A stretch of DNA of 64,000 nt, taken from contig ML996690.1 in NCBI GenBank assembly GCA_010356995.1, positions 499,420-563,419 of the forward strand. The letters run 5' to 3'. The notes under the pieces were generated by a model. That model worked only from the letters and a program-made list of their open reading frames with translations, was not told the origin of the DNA and ran no database searches. Numbering within the stretch: position 1 is the first letter of the stretch; every line of letters starts with the position of its first letter. A program made the translations under genes and the position numbers. This document shows positions 35,753 to 49,451 of this stretch, piece after piece. This DNA comes from Trichodelitschia bisporula. Its lineage: Eukaryota.

Positions 35753-37029
35753 TCAGGTCGTGCTCATGCTGTGCATGCTACTCATCCGGTGTACTTGTTG
35801 TACTTGAGGATTCATCACGTCGAAGCGCTGAGGGAGGGTGTTGTAGCCATACGCCTGAGGGACTGGACTCGGTGTCGGTGGGAACTCGACTGCCATCTTG
35901 TCGTACGAATAGTCCATTGAGTTGTCCTCGGGTGTAATCGGGGGCGTCATGCAACCGTGCTGCATTGCATACCCGTGCTTTTGAGGTGTTTGAGGAGCGA
36001 CCTTTGACACATGGGCAGCAGGCTCGCGAGGTTCTTGGGCAATCTGGGCGTTGGAGTTCTCGGCCTGAGCCTGGAGCGTTTGCTTGTAGAACCAAGATTC
36101 GAGCGTTTGTGTGACCGACGAGAAATGAATCGTGCTGTACTTGCGCTGAACGACCTGTGTCGGTTCTTGCGCGATCGAGCAGAGCCGGCAGACAATAGAG
36201 TACTCGTACGTACCAGCCCACGTGTTTGCAGGAGCCTGGGGCCGGTTGAGGACGAAGCGGGCAAGAACCAGAGCGCAGCGTGCGAGAACGGATGGCCGGA
36301 GGCCCACGAAGTCCTTGTGAAAGAGAGCCATTTCGCAAAAGTACCACGTCATGTTTTGCAGCTCAATATCCTCCGAAGATCCGGTGTCGGCGAGGGCGAT
36401 CTGGAGAAAGCTGTCGGCAGTCGGATGACCTACGACCCATGTGAGAGTTTGCAGAACGTGCCCCTCCATCTGAAGAAACATTTCCTCATCGTACAGAGAG
36501 CAGCACATTGACCGCAGCTCCCGGATGGTAGGGACGCGCTCCTTCTTGTCGCCGTATTTGGCTGCGATAAGAAGAGAAACGCAACCGACTAATTGATAAT
36601 GGCGCTTGTACACAACTCTGCGAGAGCAGTAGCGGTCGAGGAGATTGACTGCGAGGAACCACGTTTCTGGGAGGAGTTGAAACGCAGAGTGTGCTTCGAC
36701 GAGAAAGTCGAGGAGGTATGGCCGCATGTACCATTGGATCTCTGTCTGCAGGTCTATTGAACTGACGTCTGGCATCGTCTCCGCTTGTATGGGTCAGCAT
36801 ATCGTCGTTACACCTTCGCAGGCAAGCTAACCTCCATGACCTCCATATGGTCCAGGATATCCTCCTGGTACTCGTCGGCAGTGATGCGCGACAGCTCTTG
36901 CCCGAATTGGCGGTGCTGAACGCGGGCGATAGCCCGAGCCCGGTCCCTTGCCCGCTCGGCAACACTGTAGACATCATCCTCCTGGACGAAGAAGGTATCG
37001 CAAGGACCATATCTTGATGGGCAAGCCAT
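35753..37029 (-). CDS. G1/S cyclin (Cln/CCN1/Puc1-type); intron donor at 36831, acceptor ambiguous (36779-36785)
   Basis: EYQEDILDHM in exon 1; cyclin box EIQWYMRPYLLDFL...AVNLLDRYCS...YQLVGCVSLLIAAKY; C-terminal TP-rich tail (TPQK, TPPITPE). Confidence 0.9.
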
Positions 37030-40000
37030 GTTGGGCAAAAGAGTGGACGTCAATTCTCCGGGAGAGACGGTGTGCGGGGCGAACAGTGAAAATGAAGGTG
37101 GGGGCGACGAAGCGCTATTAGAGAGTGGAAGGTCTTGGTGGACCGTACAAAAGACAGTCGGTAGTTGGTGATCAAAAGAGTGAATACCCCTGTGAATCGA
37201 TGTGGCGGTATCCACAGATATGGAGGAAGATTTGAACGCTAGATGGAATTAGCCGGCTGATCGTTCGAGCATGCAAGGTCTCAAGATCATACCTTGGAAT
37301 TAAATTAGTATCTACGCATAGAAAACGAGGAAGAATGTGCCGGCGGCGATTGGGTAAAGGTAGAACACGAATGAACGTGTCCACCGGCGGCGCTGGCTAG
37401 GGACGAGTGCCTGGGAATGCCGAGGAGGGGTTGCGAAGAACCTGATGCTAAGCCACACCTGTCAGAACTGTACGTACAGAGAATATGCCCATTCCATTCC
37501 AAGGAGAATATCGGTTCCAGGGGGAGATTTAGAATGTGGAGCCGAGCATGCGGATGTCAGAGTAGTCGAGGCCGTAAGTACCTCGGAGTCCGGTGAGGTT
37601 CAGGTAATCGGGTACGATCTCGTCAATGTGCGTGCTTGAAGGCTGGCGATAGGCGACCATTTCAATACCAGGCAGACCGCACCGTAGGCCATCAATGGCG
37701 TTTGCCTCGATGTCTTCCAGCAACGACAAGTGTTCTTCTCTGGAGCCCTAGGGAGTGCGGAGGGTGGCAGAATCCCACGGCGATTTCTGGAATGGGAGCA
37801 CAGCGGAATCCTGCTCCTTTGCGAGGGGTGTCCAAACTCTTTAAGCAATATTGCCTTCAAGAGATCCAGACCACTTTTCCCGCTCAGGCTCAACTCTCCG
37901 CAGTTGTCTCCAACTCCTCGAAGTCCCAGCTCTTCGAAGCCAACACCTGCCGTAGCCTTGCCCAGGGTCCACCGGATGTCCCAACCTGCCACCACCGGAC
38001 CCATCCCAATTGACGTCGAGATGTATCCAACGGCCTTCTCGATCGCATTTATGGCATCCACGTCGGCATTTTCACACGATCGCTCGCTCCGTTGCTGCAA
38101 TTTGGCTGACTGGAACCGGGACCTCCGAGGCTCAATTGGACCGGGACAAGCAAAACTTGCACTTACAAATTGACAGTACGGGATGTAATAATGAAGGTCT
38201 GGACGTTGATACGCCTTGACAAGCTTCAATTCCCTACGAGGTTCGAGTCGATGAGGGCGGTCCGCCGGCGAACGCAACTCCGTCAAACAGCACTACACAA
38301 CGAGGAGACTCCCGGAAAAGGAGAGAGGAGAATGTCGAAGGGAAGAATTGGTGGAAGATGAGGAGAACAGAAGAGATGAGCTCTTCTAATGGAGTCGGAA
38401 GACCGTGTGGGGAGAGACGGTCAAGGAGAGGCCGGGGGAGTACGAGGAGGGTTCAGGAGAAAGGAGCAATGCCGAAGTAAATCGTCGACAATGAACTACT
38501 CCGATCCAACGCTCATGACTCCGACGGTAGTGGTCGGAAGAGAGAAGATGGGGGGGGGAGGGGGTGGAGAGAAGGAAGAGGGAGAAAGGGAGGAAAGGCA
38601 AGCGGAGTAAAGGACAAGATGAAGTGGAGGTTTGGCGAAGAAAAGTCAAGTCGAAAGGGTAAGCAGGTGTGGAGCTGCGCGCTGAGGGAGCTGGGCCCTG
38701 GACCGGGATGCTGCCCTGGGCTTTGGTTGGGGGGGGTGGTGGGCTTGCGTGTGGAAGGGGAGTGGGAGGAGGAGGGGGGGTCCGCCTGCGGACAAGGGTT
38801 CAAGGGTCGTCGCTCTCGGGCAGCCCTTTACGGTCAGCTTGGCACCGGAGCGCCTTCGCCTTCTCTACCAAGGTTGATGGACACTTGGTGGAGGTGGTGG
38901 AGGTGCTGATGTTGTTTGGCACTGTCAGGCTGGTGGCCGTGTGGTGGTTGCGGATGTGCCGTGGGCCGCGTTGTGGCCGTGAGAAGCGTGGGGAAGGGAG
39001 AGTTGGAGTACGGCAATTAAGAGATAGGACCGAGGATAATAATGCCACCGTAAGAAAGAGGAGAGTAGGTTGGAAGAAAGTCGGTAACGAGAATACGCAC
39101 GACCAGCATACGAGTAAAAAAGAGGCTTAAGCCAGTCTTTGGTGGTGAGGCCTGAATATCTCGAAAAGGCTCGAAAACGACCCTTCGAGGCTCTTTTGAT
39201 CCCCTTCGCTTCCTTCCCGCTTCTTCCGCCTTTTGACGGTGGAATCCTCTTCTCCTCTATCCTCTACATCCGTACAGTATCATCCCTTCAAACCCTCCAC
39301 GATGGACTCATAATTGCCCATCTGGCGGCTTCTACTCGCTGCTGTTATCCCGTCCACGCTCATCCCGAACCTTAACGATGATGATACTGTGCCGACGGGA
39401 ACTCCGCGATGGCTGAGTAGTCGCGAACGCGTTGGATCAAGTGGCTCTGGCAACCAATCGAGGCTCACTTCATCCTGGAGCTGTGGCGGTCGGTGAGAGT
39501 AGCCATTTGGCCCCATCGCCTGGCATCCAATCATCCCACGCTCGTCATTGAGGGTGGTAGTGACTGGTGCCGCTTTGCTACTCGTTGGCTTGCATTCAAC
39601 TCCAAGGCACTTTACGCTTTCTCCCCTTCTCCGTCTCCTCCTCCTTGAAGTTCCTTGTACAGCTGCTTCTCTTAGCCTCCTCTTCGCCTTGTTGCGGTTC
39701 GGCGGATTGCGCAATGAATCGAACGGATGCTGCTTGCCTCTAGCTTTGCTATCGGCTGCAAAGTCCTTACGGCTCCTCTTCTTCTGTTTCCAAACTCTCT
39801 TCCCGTCCTCCCCAACCACCCCCACCCCCCTTCAAACCCCCGTCACGCTGTGTCGCGTCGAGGCTGCTGCGTCGTCTGCGAGTCGCCATTATTCGCTCGC
39901 CGCCCGCTGCTGTCCGCCTCCTGCACTACGTACCTATGTAACGGGATGTAGAAACTTTTCCATCCGCTCTTTGGTTCGCTAGTTGATCCCCTCTAACAAG

Positions 40001-43000
40001 ATGGCGCTATTCCACCGACGGTGACGCTGGGTACAGGCTCTAAGCTAGGAGATGCCTGGATACCTATCTGCCACCTAACTGCAGTGTCTCCGCTACTCCG
40101 GCACGCAATGAAGATGTCGAAATGCACCGACAAACTGACATCTCGTCTCAGCCTGTGATCTGTGAAAGACGCGGGGGTAAAATAGAGATCACGAGTTTGA
40201 ACTTTGCATTCAACACCTCATCAACTCGCTATCTACGCCTCCCTAAACAGCCTCAAGGTTATCATCCTTCGGTGCCGTCCCTTCGCCGCCCGATTCCCCA
40301 CACACACCCAGCATCCCTCTCGCCCATCATCCGCTTATCCAGCCTGCAGCATTATTATTGCATGCGATTCTCCCCGGCCATCAGGCAAATCGGCCAGCCA
40401 GCCCGCCCCAGAAAAAAATTCGGCGCCGCGGCTTCCTATGAGATGCCCAAAACGGAACATCGTGGGCAGACACGTCCTGCACGACGCGACGCAAGATCAT
40501 CCCTTCTGCAGCGCGCGGCGCGCGGCGGGAAAGCAAAGCACTGACTGGAGGGTACTCTGGGCGCTGCAGCTTCGTCGATTCCTATTGCCCACTCTGAGCA
40601 TCGTTGACCCATGAATGTATCAATCCGTCATCCATTCAATCCGCTCACCTTACAGCCAACCTGATTGCTGCTTGCTGCTTGCTGCACAGCGTGCAGACAC
40701 TTGCGACGTTCGCGCACCCCGGGTCCTGCTTTACGCCTGCTTTAGCCTACTCTATTCATGATATTGCCTTTTCTTTCCAGGCCTAACCCTCTAACTGCCC
40801 TGCTTCAGGTCGCCCTACTCCGCGGGCATAGTTCCTGCTTTGTTCTCCAACCATTCACCAAGCTGGAACGTTCATGCTCACGCTCACTCAAAAAAATCCC
40901 CGGCAATCCCAACAGGCCCTGTTTCCCGCCCCTCCTCCAGTTACCGTCCTCATCCAGTATACCGGATAAAGAGTCTGGGGTTACGTCCAAGCGTCCGTAC
41001 TTCTGACCGGGTTGCCCCTCTGTTGAATTCCTGCGCCGGCTTGCCTGTGTGCAAATAGCCGAATCCTCACGTCCAGGATGAGCCCGGTTGAAGTTCAGGG
41101 ACGGGAAAAGTACCACTCTTCTCCCCGCCTCGCACGCTGGCCCGAAGCTGGCAGTCCAAATCGCTTGCGGGAAACAAGAGTGTACCTGAAATAACCACCT
41201 CCAAGGGTCCCTACCGTGTCTATCACCAAAAGGTACCTGGTTGACCACGCTATGCTAAGCTCCTCCCCAGTCTTCAGAAGCGATGGGTGACATGCAGCTC
41301 TAACATTTCCCCTCACGTCTGCCTGTGACAGGCCAATCGCGGGGGACGAAATCGTGGAACACGTGAGGCTCGCCTTTCTCTTTCAGCTGGCTCTTCTGGC
41401 CGAGCCGCGCGCGACTTCGATTTTCGAAACACCTTCTCCGCACTTCTAGCTTGGGCCATTCCCCACCCCGCCTCCCCGACGTGACCGTTGGCCGCCACCG
41501 CCCACTGCCCACTACTCGTGCAAACCAAGGTCCAACTTAGTGTGGGAAAGCTGCCGACCTAATGCTCAATTACGTCCTCCAGGCATTCGGTAACCCGCAA
41601 AGCCCGTGAGCAAGCCGGTCATGGAACGCAGAGGCGAGACGTCTAACGGCGAACTATCTATCGCGTGCAGAACCAGCTCGGCTGTCGGAAGGCGGCGGCT
41701 GTTTGACCAGTCGTCTGCGCGATACACATGGCGACATGGAACACTTTCGTGATTGCGCGGCACGACATTAGCATCGTAGCACAACGGATGGCTGTGGGGC
41801 GGGACGGCGGGTTTTAGTTGCACGGTCGGATGCAAGCCCTCAACGACGCGGCCGGCGCACATACTGTCATCCACAGCAGCTTCTGTGCAAGACGAGCAGA
41901 CGAAACAATGTCCGATCACCTGTTCTCGTGCCTTTTCGTCCCCCGCTGCTGCCGTGCCTTACGTATCAGACCTGCCCCGCGTGGTACGTTGCCAATGTAC
42001 CAAAGTACCGGAGTATACGTAGACTCGATATCAGCCGCCACTGGCCGGTTGCCCGCCTCCCGCTTTCTTGCCTGTGTCAGGAAGGCCTTTTGGATATTTT
42101 GGGGGTAGGTTTGATTGCTCACGCGGTCTGCTCTGCCTGTAAGAAACGTGAGCGGATCAACACCCCAGCATGAGCTGGTAGATCCGGGGCCAGGTGTGCA
42201 GGCCTGCGGCGAAGTGCAGCCCGGCGGAGAGAGCGACGCGCAGTCGGCCATCGGTACAGTACAAGTAGGTACGCGAGACGGGACATGGTCTTAATTGGAA
42301 CTTCCAAAGAGGCCAGACAATCCGGGTTGGTTGCATATGAAGATTCAAGATAACCATGCCAGACGTCGTCGCGACGCGCTCACATCGAGAGATTGAGCCG
42401 GAGCATCGAAGATGATGGAGATGAGATGGCTTACTTCGTCCGGCCTTCTGGTCGTCAATGCAGCGGGTGGAGCGCCGAAGGGATGGCGTCTGTGGAATGT
42501 TCGATTACTTTTGGCGTAGTGGCTCGCTTTTCCATGCACCGCAGCCAAAGCGGCAACCTCCAGGCTCGCGGCTCTACGCCATTGCAACCCACGGAGGAAA
42601 TTACCGAGCATCGTGGCGCGCGAACTCCAAGCCTGAACAGCTGAAGCACTACACAATAACCGCGCTGAGCTGCGTATCCCTATCCCGCACGTCAGGGACC
42701 CCCATGCCCGGCGTTTTCCATTCTCTCTATACGGCTCCTTCTTCGTTGCACTTCCGGCGTCACTATGGGACTGCTACTGTGGAGCGTGCGTTCCCCTTCG
42801 CCGGCAAATATACTACCACAATACCACCCACACCATACACGCCGCTTCGTTGGCCGGCCAAACCGTCCATCATATTCCCCCCGCCGATCTTACAACGCCA
42901 GCAACCCTGATTACGCGCAGGCAGAGGCTCGCCTCCTGCCGCGGGGCAGTCCATGTCGTCGTCGGGCACGAAGGACAGCGGCAGATGAGAAAGGGACGGG

Positions 43001-45524
43001 TTCAAGCTCCATCTCGTCTTGCCGATGTCGTTTCCACCACAACCACACATGCCCCGCGGCCAGGCCATATCCGCACATCATAAGTCCTGCGCGCGCAATC
43101 GCCTAAAACGGACCCCTCATCCCTACCCCACCCCAGCGCCAACCCCCGCGGTCGAACCTCAAACTGGCCATTGCGGAGTTGTGCCCGCTGCGGCCGCGAT
43201 GCAGCCGCGCCGGTCAGTGCTGCAGCCCGTTGACCATGACTTCTGGCGGTGTTACGGGCTTCGTAGGATTGGAGGTGGACCGACGCTCCGCTGCGTACTC
43301 CGCTGCGTGGGTTCGCGTCCATGATCGCCGTGCGTGCGGAGCTGAACGGCCGTGCCGCCTGCGCGCCGGCCAGTCTCGCCTTGCACGCGAGTCACGAGAA
43401 AAACACGGCTGCGCGTAATATAGGCGCGTGGGGAGCGCGATGCGGGGTCTGGTCTCGGGATGGGCATTGGGGGCTGAAGGGCACGGGTGTGGTGGCGAGT
43501 GTTGGTGGGTCTTTTTTGGGTGCGGGAGTTTGATGTCGTGGTTTGTGAGTTCGGTTAAGGGCTGCTGTACGGAGGTAAATGTCGTGTTGCACGACGATAA
43601 AGATGCGCTTGACAAGAGGTTGTTAAACTGGCGAGTACCCGCTTCGGAACCGAGCTTTCTAGCAAACGGACCGGAGACACGATGGATCACTGTCCTTTGA
43701 TAGGGATCCTGGTGTTCGCTAGTCTCTGTTGCGAAGACAACGAGATGATGGTGAGACAATCGCCGAAGTCCGATCACCAATTTGCTCAGCCACGCGCACA
43801 CACTGTGCCACTATTTTCTCCCGGGGGTCGGAGTACGTCACTTTCATCTTGAAACTGTCAGATGTCAACTTCACCTCCGCATTTCTCCACTAACGTAAAG
43901 CAAAATTCCACCGCCTCTCAAGGCGTCTGCCTTCTTTTCCGGTGGATCATTGCTCACCGCGTTGAAGAAGAAAGTCTCACATCTAGGCCTGCATCCTGCG
44001 GCCCCTCTGCACGTTACCTAGGCTTAGATTTTTTTCTCAACCGCTTCTCTATCTCCCGTCGGAAATTTCGACGGTATGTCCACGAGCTTCGAGGCCGTTG
44101 CTCCGTGCGAACCCACAAGGCCCGCCTATATCTGCAGCGACGCAAGGACTCGCGCGTTCCGCTCCGGACGGTAATGCATACTGCACCTTCCGTACGGAGC
44201 GAAGGGCCCCACCATCTACGCAGATGACCCGTGAATGTGGGGGGGGGATCGCAGCCGATATTGCTCCATCTCCTCGATGTAGACTACCACTTTTACGATC
44301 TTCAGCCGCGAGGCTCCGGCTCCCTTGAACCCAGATCAAATATGCACTATGGCAGAAGGGCCCCCGTGGATAACCGGTATGATCCTAAATATCGAATTTC
44401 GGCTTCTAGAAACCCCCGCTTTCGGCCTCCAAATGGAGCCAATTTGATATCTCGGGCCTAACGTCATCCTGCCCCACCCACTTTAAAACGCGTGTCGCGC
44501 CCACACGCAAACGCGTGCAAGACACGACCGACTAACTTCTCCACTCACTCTACTCTATTAGCTCCGGGCCTAGGCTACGCTCGCCGCGCTGCCGACACCT
44601 CATCGATGGCCAGCATGCAGTGTGATCAAGCTGGAACTTAGGCTCCATCACGAGTTCGTTTCTGCTGCCGCAGGCCTGATATGCGGCTGGGAACTAAGAA
44701 ATACGGTGGTTGGGTTTGGAGTGCCTTGTCGGACGTCGGCGGCTCATTTGTCCTATCCTTCGCCACGGGCTGGTACAGGTGTGCCTCCGCAATGACTCCG
44801 ACATAAAATCACCCGTGGATGTCGCACCTGGAGCACTAACGCTGTAACCAGGCTTCTTGGAGCGGGTTCGACTCTGAAACCGCGAGCGGTGACCAGGAAG
44901 CCATCATTTTTCTGTGAGTCGAGACACTTGCTAAGGCTCGGCCATGAATCATGGATGGTGCGGTAAGCGGATTCTTTCTTCTTTCTCGTGCGTCCACCTC
45001 TCTGGTTCCTTGTTTCTCATCTTCTTAAACTCTAATCCGGTCCATCTGGGTCGCCAAAACATCCGGTTCTGCAAATACTGTCGGACCCGCCATGACTGCG
45101 CAGCTCGGGGAACGAACTGCTGCTTCCACCACGGTTTCTCCACTTTTTGCGCAGGCGTCCTGTCATGGAAACGCAGGCGGCTCCGAAGCTTCATCCATCA
45201 TTCGAGGACGTGGAGCGGCCTCACGTGCGAGAGGACACGTCGTACTTCGCCGCCTTGTTAGGTCAGGCTCAACCATGGAGGATGCATTCTGCTACCATTT
45301 CCTCCCAGGGATCACTGCGACGTGTCCATTGGCGTAGCTCTTGCTCTATCATGGACCAGCTGTGAACAGGGGGGGGAAGCTCAAGTCTGTATCCACAGAC
45401 GGTCTACGTACTCACTGGATCGAGGCCGTCACCGACAGCACTCCACATACCCGCGTTGCTTATCCACAACAGGACATCTATGTACGAAAGGCGCCTATGC
45501 ACAACCTTGAAACTGCCCAGCAGC

Positions 45525-46801
45525 TCACTCCCCCCAAAACTCCCATATCGCCTTCGCCACCTCAGCAGGCAGCAAAACTGGCAACTCATGCCCAACCTGG
45601 AACGACTTCACCTCAACATTCTCACTCCCACCGAGCAACTCCGTCGCATCCGGCTCCACCTCCCGCTGCACAATGACCGTATCTTCTGCTCCAAACAACA
45701 GCAACGCCTTCCCGTGCAATAGCCCTACCCGCGCCGCCTCCTCATCCGACGGAGCCGCATGCTGCGCGGTCAACCGCGCCCCAATCCGAGCCCACGCCTT
45801 GTCCTGTCCCGTAATCGGCGCGTGCCGGATGGAGCTCGCGAACGCGGCCATGAAGCCGTCGTGGTGATGCAGCTGCCACAGCACGGCATCGGCGACGTTT
45901 GCGAGAGACAAGTTCGGGGTCTGTGGTGCCTCTTGCGCCAACGCTTCTTCGGGGACCTTGGTCTCCGGGGATGTGTTTGCGGCGGGGTTGGGAGGAGGCC
46001 CGGAGCCCATGAGCCGCTTTCGAACAAGTGTGAAGAGCAGGTTCTTGGGCACGAGGGGAGCGAGTGCGTAGAGCAGCTTGCTGCTAGCGGTGAAGTGTGC
46101 CGGTCGGATGAGGCCGGAGGGCGCGATGAGCACGAGCGAGGATATCAGTGCCGGGAAGGTGGAGGTGAAGGAAGCGGCGATTCCACCGCCGAGGGAGTAA
46201 CCGACGAGCGCGAAGCCGTTGGGCTGGGTCCAGGGGAGGGGAGAGGATGCGAGGGCGTGAAGGATTTGTGTGTTGTAGAGGCGAGCGTCGTGGGGCGTGT
46301 CACTTGGTGTTGCGGACCACCCTCGACCGTAGAGGTCTGTTGTGGTTAGGGCATTGGGGAATTGGGGTACGGGAGGTAAGAGACGGCCGATAACTCACCC
46401 AACAGCATCACCCGATAGCCACGCTTCACCAACTCGTGGGCCACGCCGCCCAAACTCACGCACGGCGTGCTAATGCCGTGCACGAGGAGAACCTTTCGTC
46501 CCTCTTCCGGACCCCATTCATATACGCGGAACGTGCCGAACAGAGAGTCGACATCGCGCGCGCCGGGGAAGAGATCTGGCGGGTAGGCGAGCTGGCGGAT
46601 CTCTTCGGGAGATAGGCTCGGGAGGGCGGTGGTCAGCGGCGAGGGAATGACATTGTCGGCTGGTTGTTGCAACTCGCTGCGGTTCCGCAGTCTGCCGAGA
46701 AGCAATGCCAGTCCGATCGCTGCGGCTCCGGCAGTCAGACAATTGGACCTGGTGAGGGCGGTGGTGGACGGGATGACGTCGAGGAGGTGGGTTAGCGACA
46801 T
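45525..46801 (-). CDS. Alpha/beta-hydrolase with N-terminal membrane anchor; intron 46337-46398
   Basis: YEWGPEEGRKVLLVHGIST, DLYGRGWS, GYSLGG nucleophile, catalytic-His region VGHE. Confidence 0.88.
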
Positions 46802-47751
46802 TGATGGCGCGGCGTTGGGGCTGTGTTTCGGGCTGGTGGGTTATGGGGACACACGCTTTGCTTGGTGGTACCTAGACGCTGCGATGGGAGAGGTTGCACA
46901 TGCCAGAGGCTGGGGGACGAATTGTGTGCTGTGCTGCTCGGCCGCGCGGCTGGGGAGAATTGGTTCGTAAGTTTATAGCTGCGGCGAGAGTGATACTTGG
47001 AACGAGGTGAGATGGACCGTGAGCCTCTCTCTCGCGATGGTGAGGCAGCGATTTGATAATAAAGTGATAGAGGTCGACTTCGAGATGTGGGCGGGTAACA
47101 GTGGCTTAGGAGGGGTCGTGGAGGGGGAGATGGGGACGGGTCAACGGGTGGAGCCGGGGGTGGACGCCTCGGCTTGGCGGAGGACGGTGATTGATTAGAT
47201 GAAGACAACCCAGCTCGGCATAGCCCTGGATCTTCTCTGCAGTGAGCAGCTGCTGAGCATCGTCAGCTCCCTATTTTTGTGAGCATAACCGCTTGGCATA
47301 TTCGTCATCAAGCCGTTGGAAAGGGAGATGAGACAGAGCTTCTTTATGCTCTTCTACTCTGTTTGATGCTTGAGCAAACTTATCTTCTCGTCTTTATCAT
47401 CTTTGCCTTCATATATTCATTTCCCCTGCGCTGATCGTGTGCTCCCTACACTTGAAACAGCATAGCGCCTTCCACGCCTTCTCGGCCCCCTCAGGGACCA
47501 AGCCACCACCCACACCCCACTCAATCCCCTCTCCTTCTCAGGGACCAATCATCCCCACGGTGGCGCACGCGACCAGCTGCCCAGAGCATCTCGTTCAGGC
47601 CGTTTCTCAGCTCTCCTCTTCCCTTCTCCGCACTTCACACATTCATAATTCTCTCCTCTCGGGTCTCATCTTCGCGACTCGCGCTGATTGTGTGTTCAGT
47701 TGTTTCCCCTCCTGAGCCGCTCGGAGGAAGGTTGGGCAGAGAAACGGCGTC

Positions 47752-49451
47752 ATGGACCGCATCCCCGTTACCCAAAAGCTGCCTTTTTCGCGCCGTACGC
47801 TGTCGAAGAAGGCCGTGCTTTCGTGAGTTGGCTCCCGGCTTCATATTCTGGATTCCAAGCTGATAGTGTAACCAGCTACATATTCGACTATGCCATCATA
47901 TTGTGCGTTGTATCGTGTTGCTGTCCCTGAAGCCCTCCAGTCTGACCTGCGCTTAGCATACTCGGCGCCATCTTCACCGCCATCGACAAGGTCGAGCCCT
48001 ACCATCAAGAGTTCTCGTTGAGCAACTACACATTACACTACAAGTATGCGGTACACGAGCGCATTCCCGTACCGTTTTTGCTGGTGTTGGTGGTGATTAT
48101 CCCGGCTATCATCATCTCCGTCTACACTCTCATTATCGACGGTATCTTCTCGCACCATATCGCTAAGCGGAAGAGATATCGGCTGAAAGATCGGCTCTGG
48201 GAACTGAACTGCGGCTTGCTGGGATTGTTACTGGCGATTGGAGCCTCATTTGTCGTGACCGGCGCGTTGAAGAATGCAATCGGCAAGCCGCGCCCGGATC
48301 TGATCGATCGGTGCCAGCCCAATGTCCAGGCGGACCCCCCTAACCTGAAGTTGTCGAACCACAGCATTTGCACGCAGACGGATAACAACATATTGAAGGA
48401 TGGCTTCCGGAGCTTCCCCTCGGGACACAGCAGCTGTGAGTACTACGTGCGGGGATGGCTTTGCGGCTGGCTGACGGTTGCAGCTGCATTTGCGGGACTG
48501 TTCTATATCTCCCTGTATCTCGCAGGGAAGATGCACGTTCTCGATTCCAAGGGTGAAGTCTGGAAGGCGTTCATCGTCTTGATTCCGACGTTAGGGGCGG
48601 CGTTGATTGCGGGGAGCCGTATTATGGACGCTCGCCACCACCCCTTTGACGTGTTGTCCGGTAGCACCTTGGGCATACTCGTGGCCTGGGCCTCCTATCG
48701 CCAGTATTTCCCTTCCATCAGCGACTACACCGCCAAGGGGCGCGCATATCCAATTGTAGGTCTCTCCCAACCGTCTTGCAGCAAAAGTAACCCGTATCAG
48801 CGGAGTTGGGGTCGCGACCCTTCCCAGCAGCCCCAGGAGGTCTTCTACCCGATGCCCGTCCCCCAAGACGAAGAGCAAGGCAAAGCCGAGCTCGTCTCAG
48901 GGCGCCACTCTCCTCCTTCTGAAGCTGGTGGCGATAGCGGCAATGCTTTCCGCAGTGAGATCTCCTCCCAGCGTCAGCGCCGCCAGCCCTCATTGATGCG
49001 CGGCCCCTCATCTGCCTACTCCGTCGATCCCTCGCGCGTCGGTTCGCCGCCCGTCCCGCCCCTGCCCTCGAGCTACAATCCGCAACAGCCAGGCTACATC
49101 CCCTACTCGACGCGGCCCGTCGCGCGCGCCTCGCCGCAAAACGACTGGGTCGAGTCTGACGATGAGCCGGACTCCGACCTCGAGCTGCAACCGCAGTACA
49201 CGCTGTCCAACCCCAGCCCAGGAGATCCGCTCTTTCGCCAGGGTAGCCTTACTGGCCAGGACACGGCGTACAGACCGCAGCCTGCGCCTCTGGAACGCTT
49301 GAAGAGTGTGAAGGCTCAGGGAGCGCAGGGGGTGCCGAGTGCGGTGGCGGAAAATAGTGAGTATAGTGAGTCTGATGCGCCGCCGCCGCCGCCACAACAT
49401 GGAGATGGGATGCGGAGGGTGCAGTTAGCGGAGTCATATGCGCCTAGATAG
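47752..49451 (+). CDS. PAP2-family lipid phosphate phosphatase (Dpp1/Lpp1-like); four predicted introns
   Basis: K...GKPRP, SFPSGH and SRIMDARHHPFDV catalytic motifs; transmembrane segments; introns include 48436-48483 and 48756-48800. Confidence 0.9.

Noticed and set aside
37529..38286. 228-aa and 66-aa minus-strand ORFs upstream of the cyclin
   Set aside because: Non-ATG starts, no domain similarity, no gene-like codon bias; considered only as part of the possible leader.
44949..45500. Short protein-like ORF fragments (also 32379-32696 and 56200-57900)
   Set aside because: They cannot be joined into a gene model or assigned to a family by eye.
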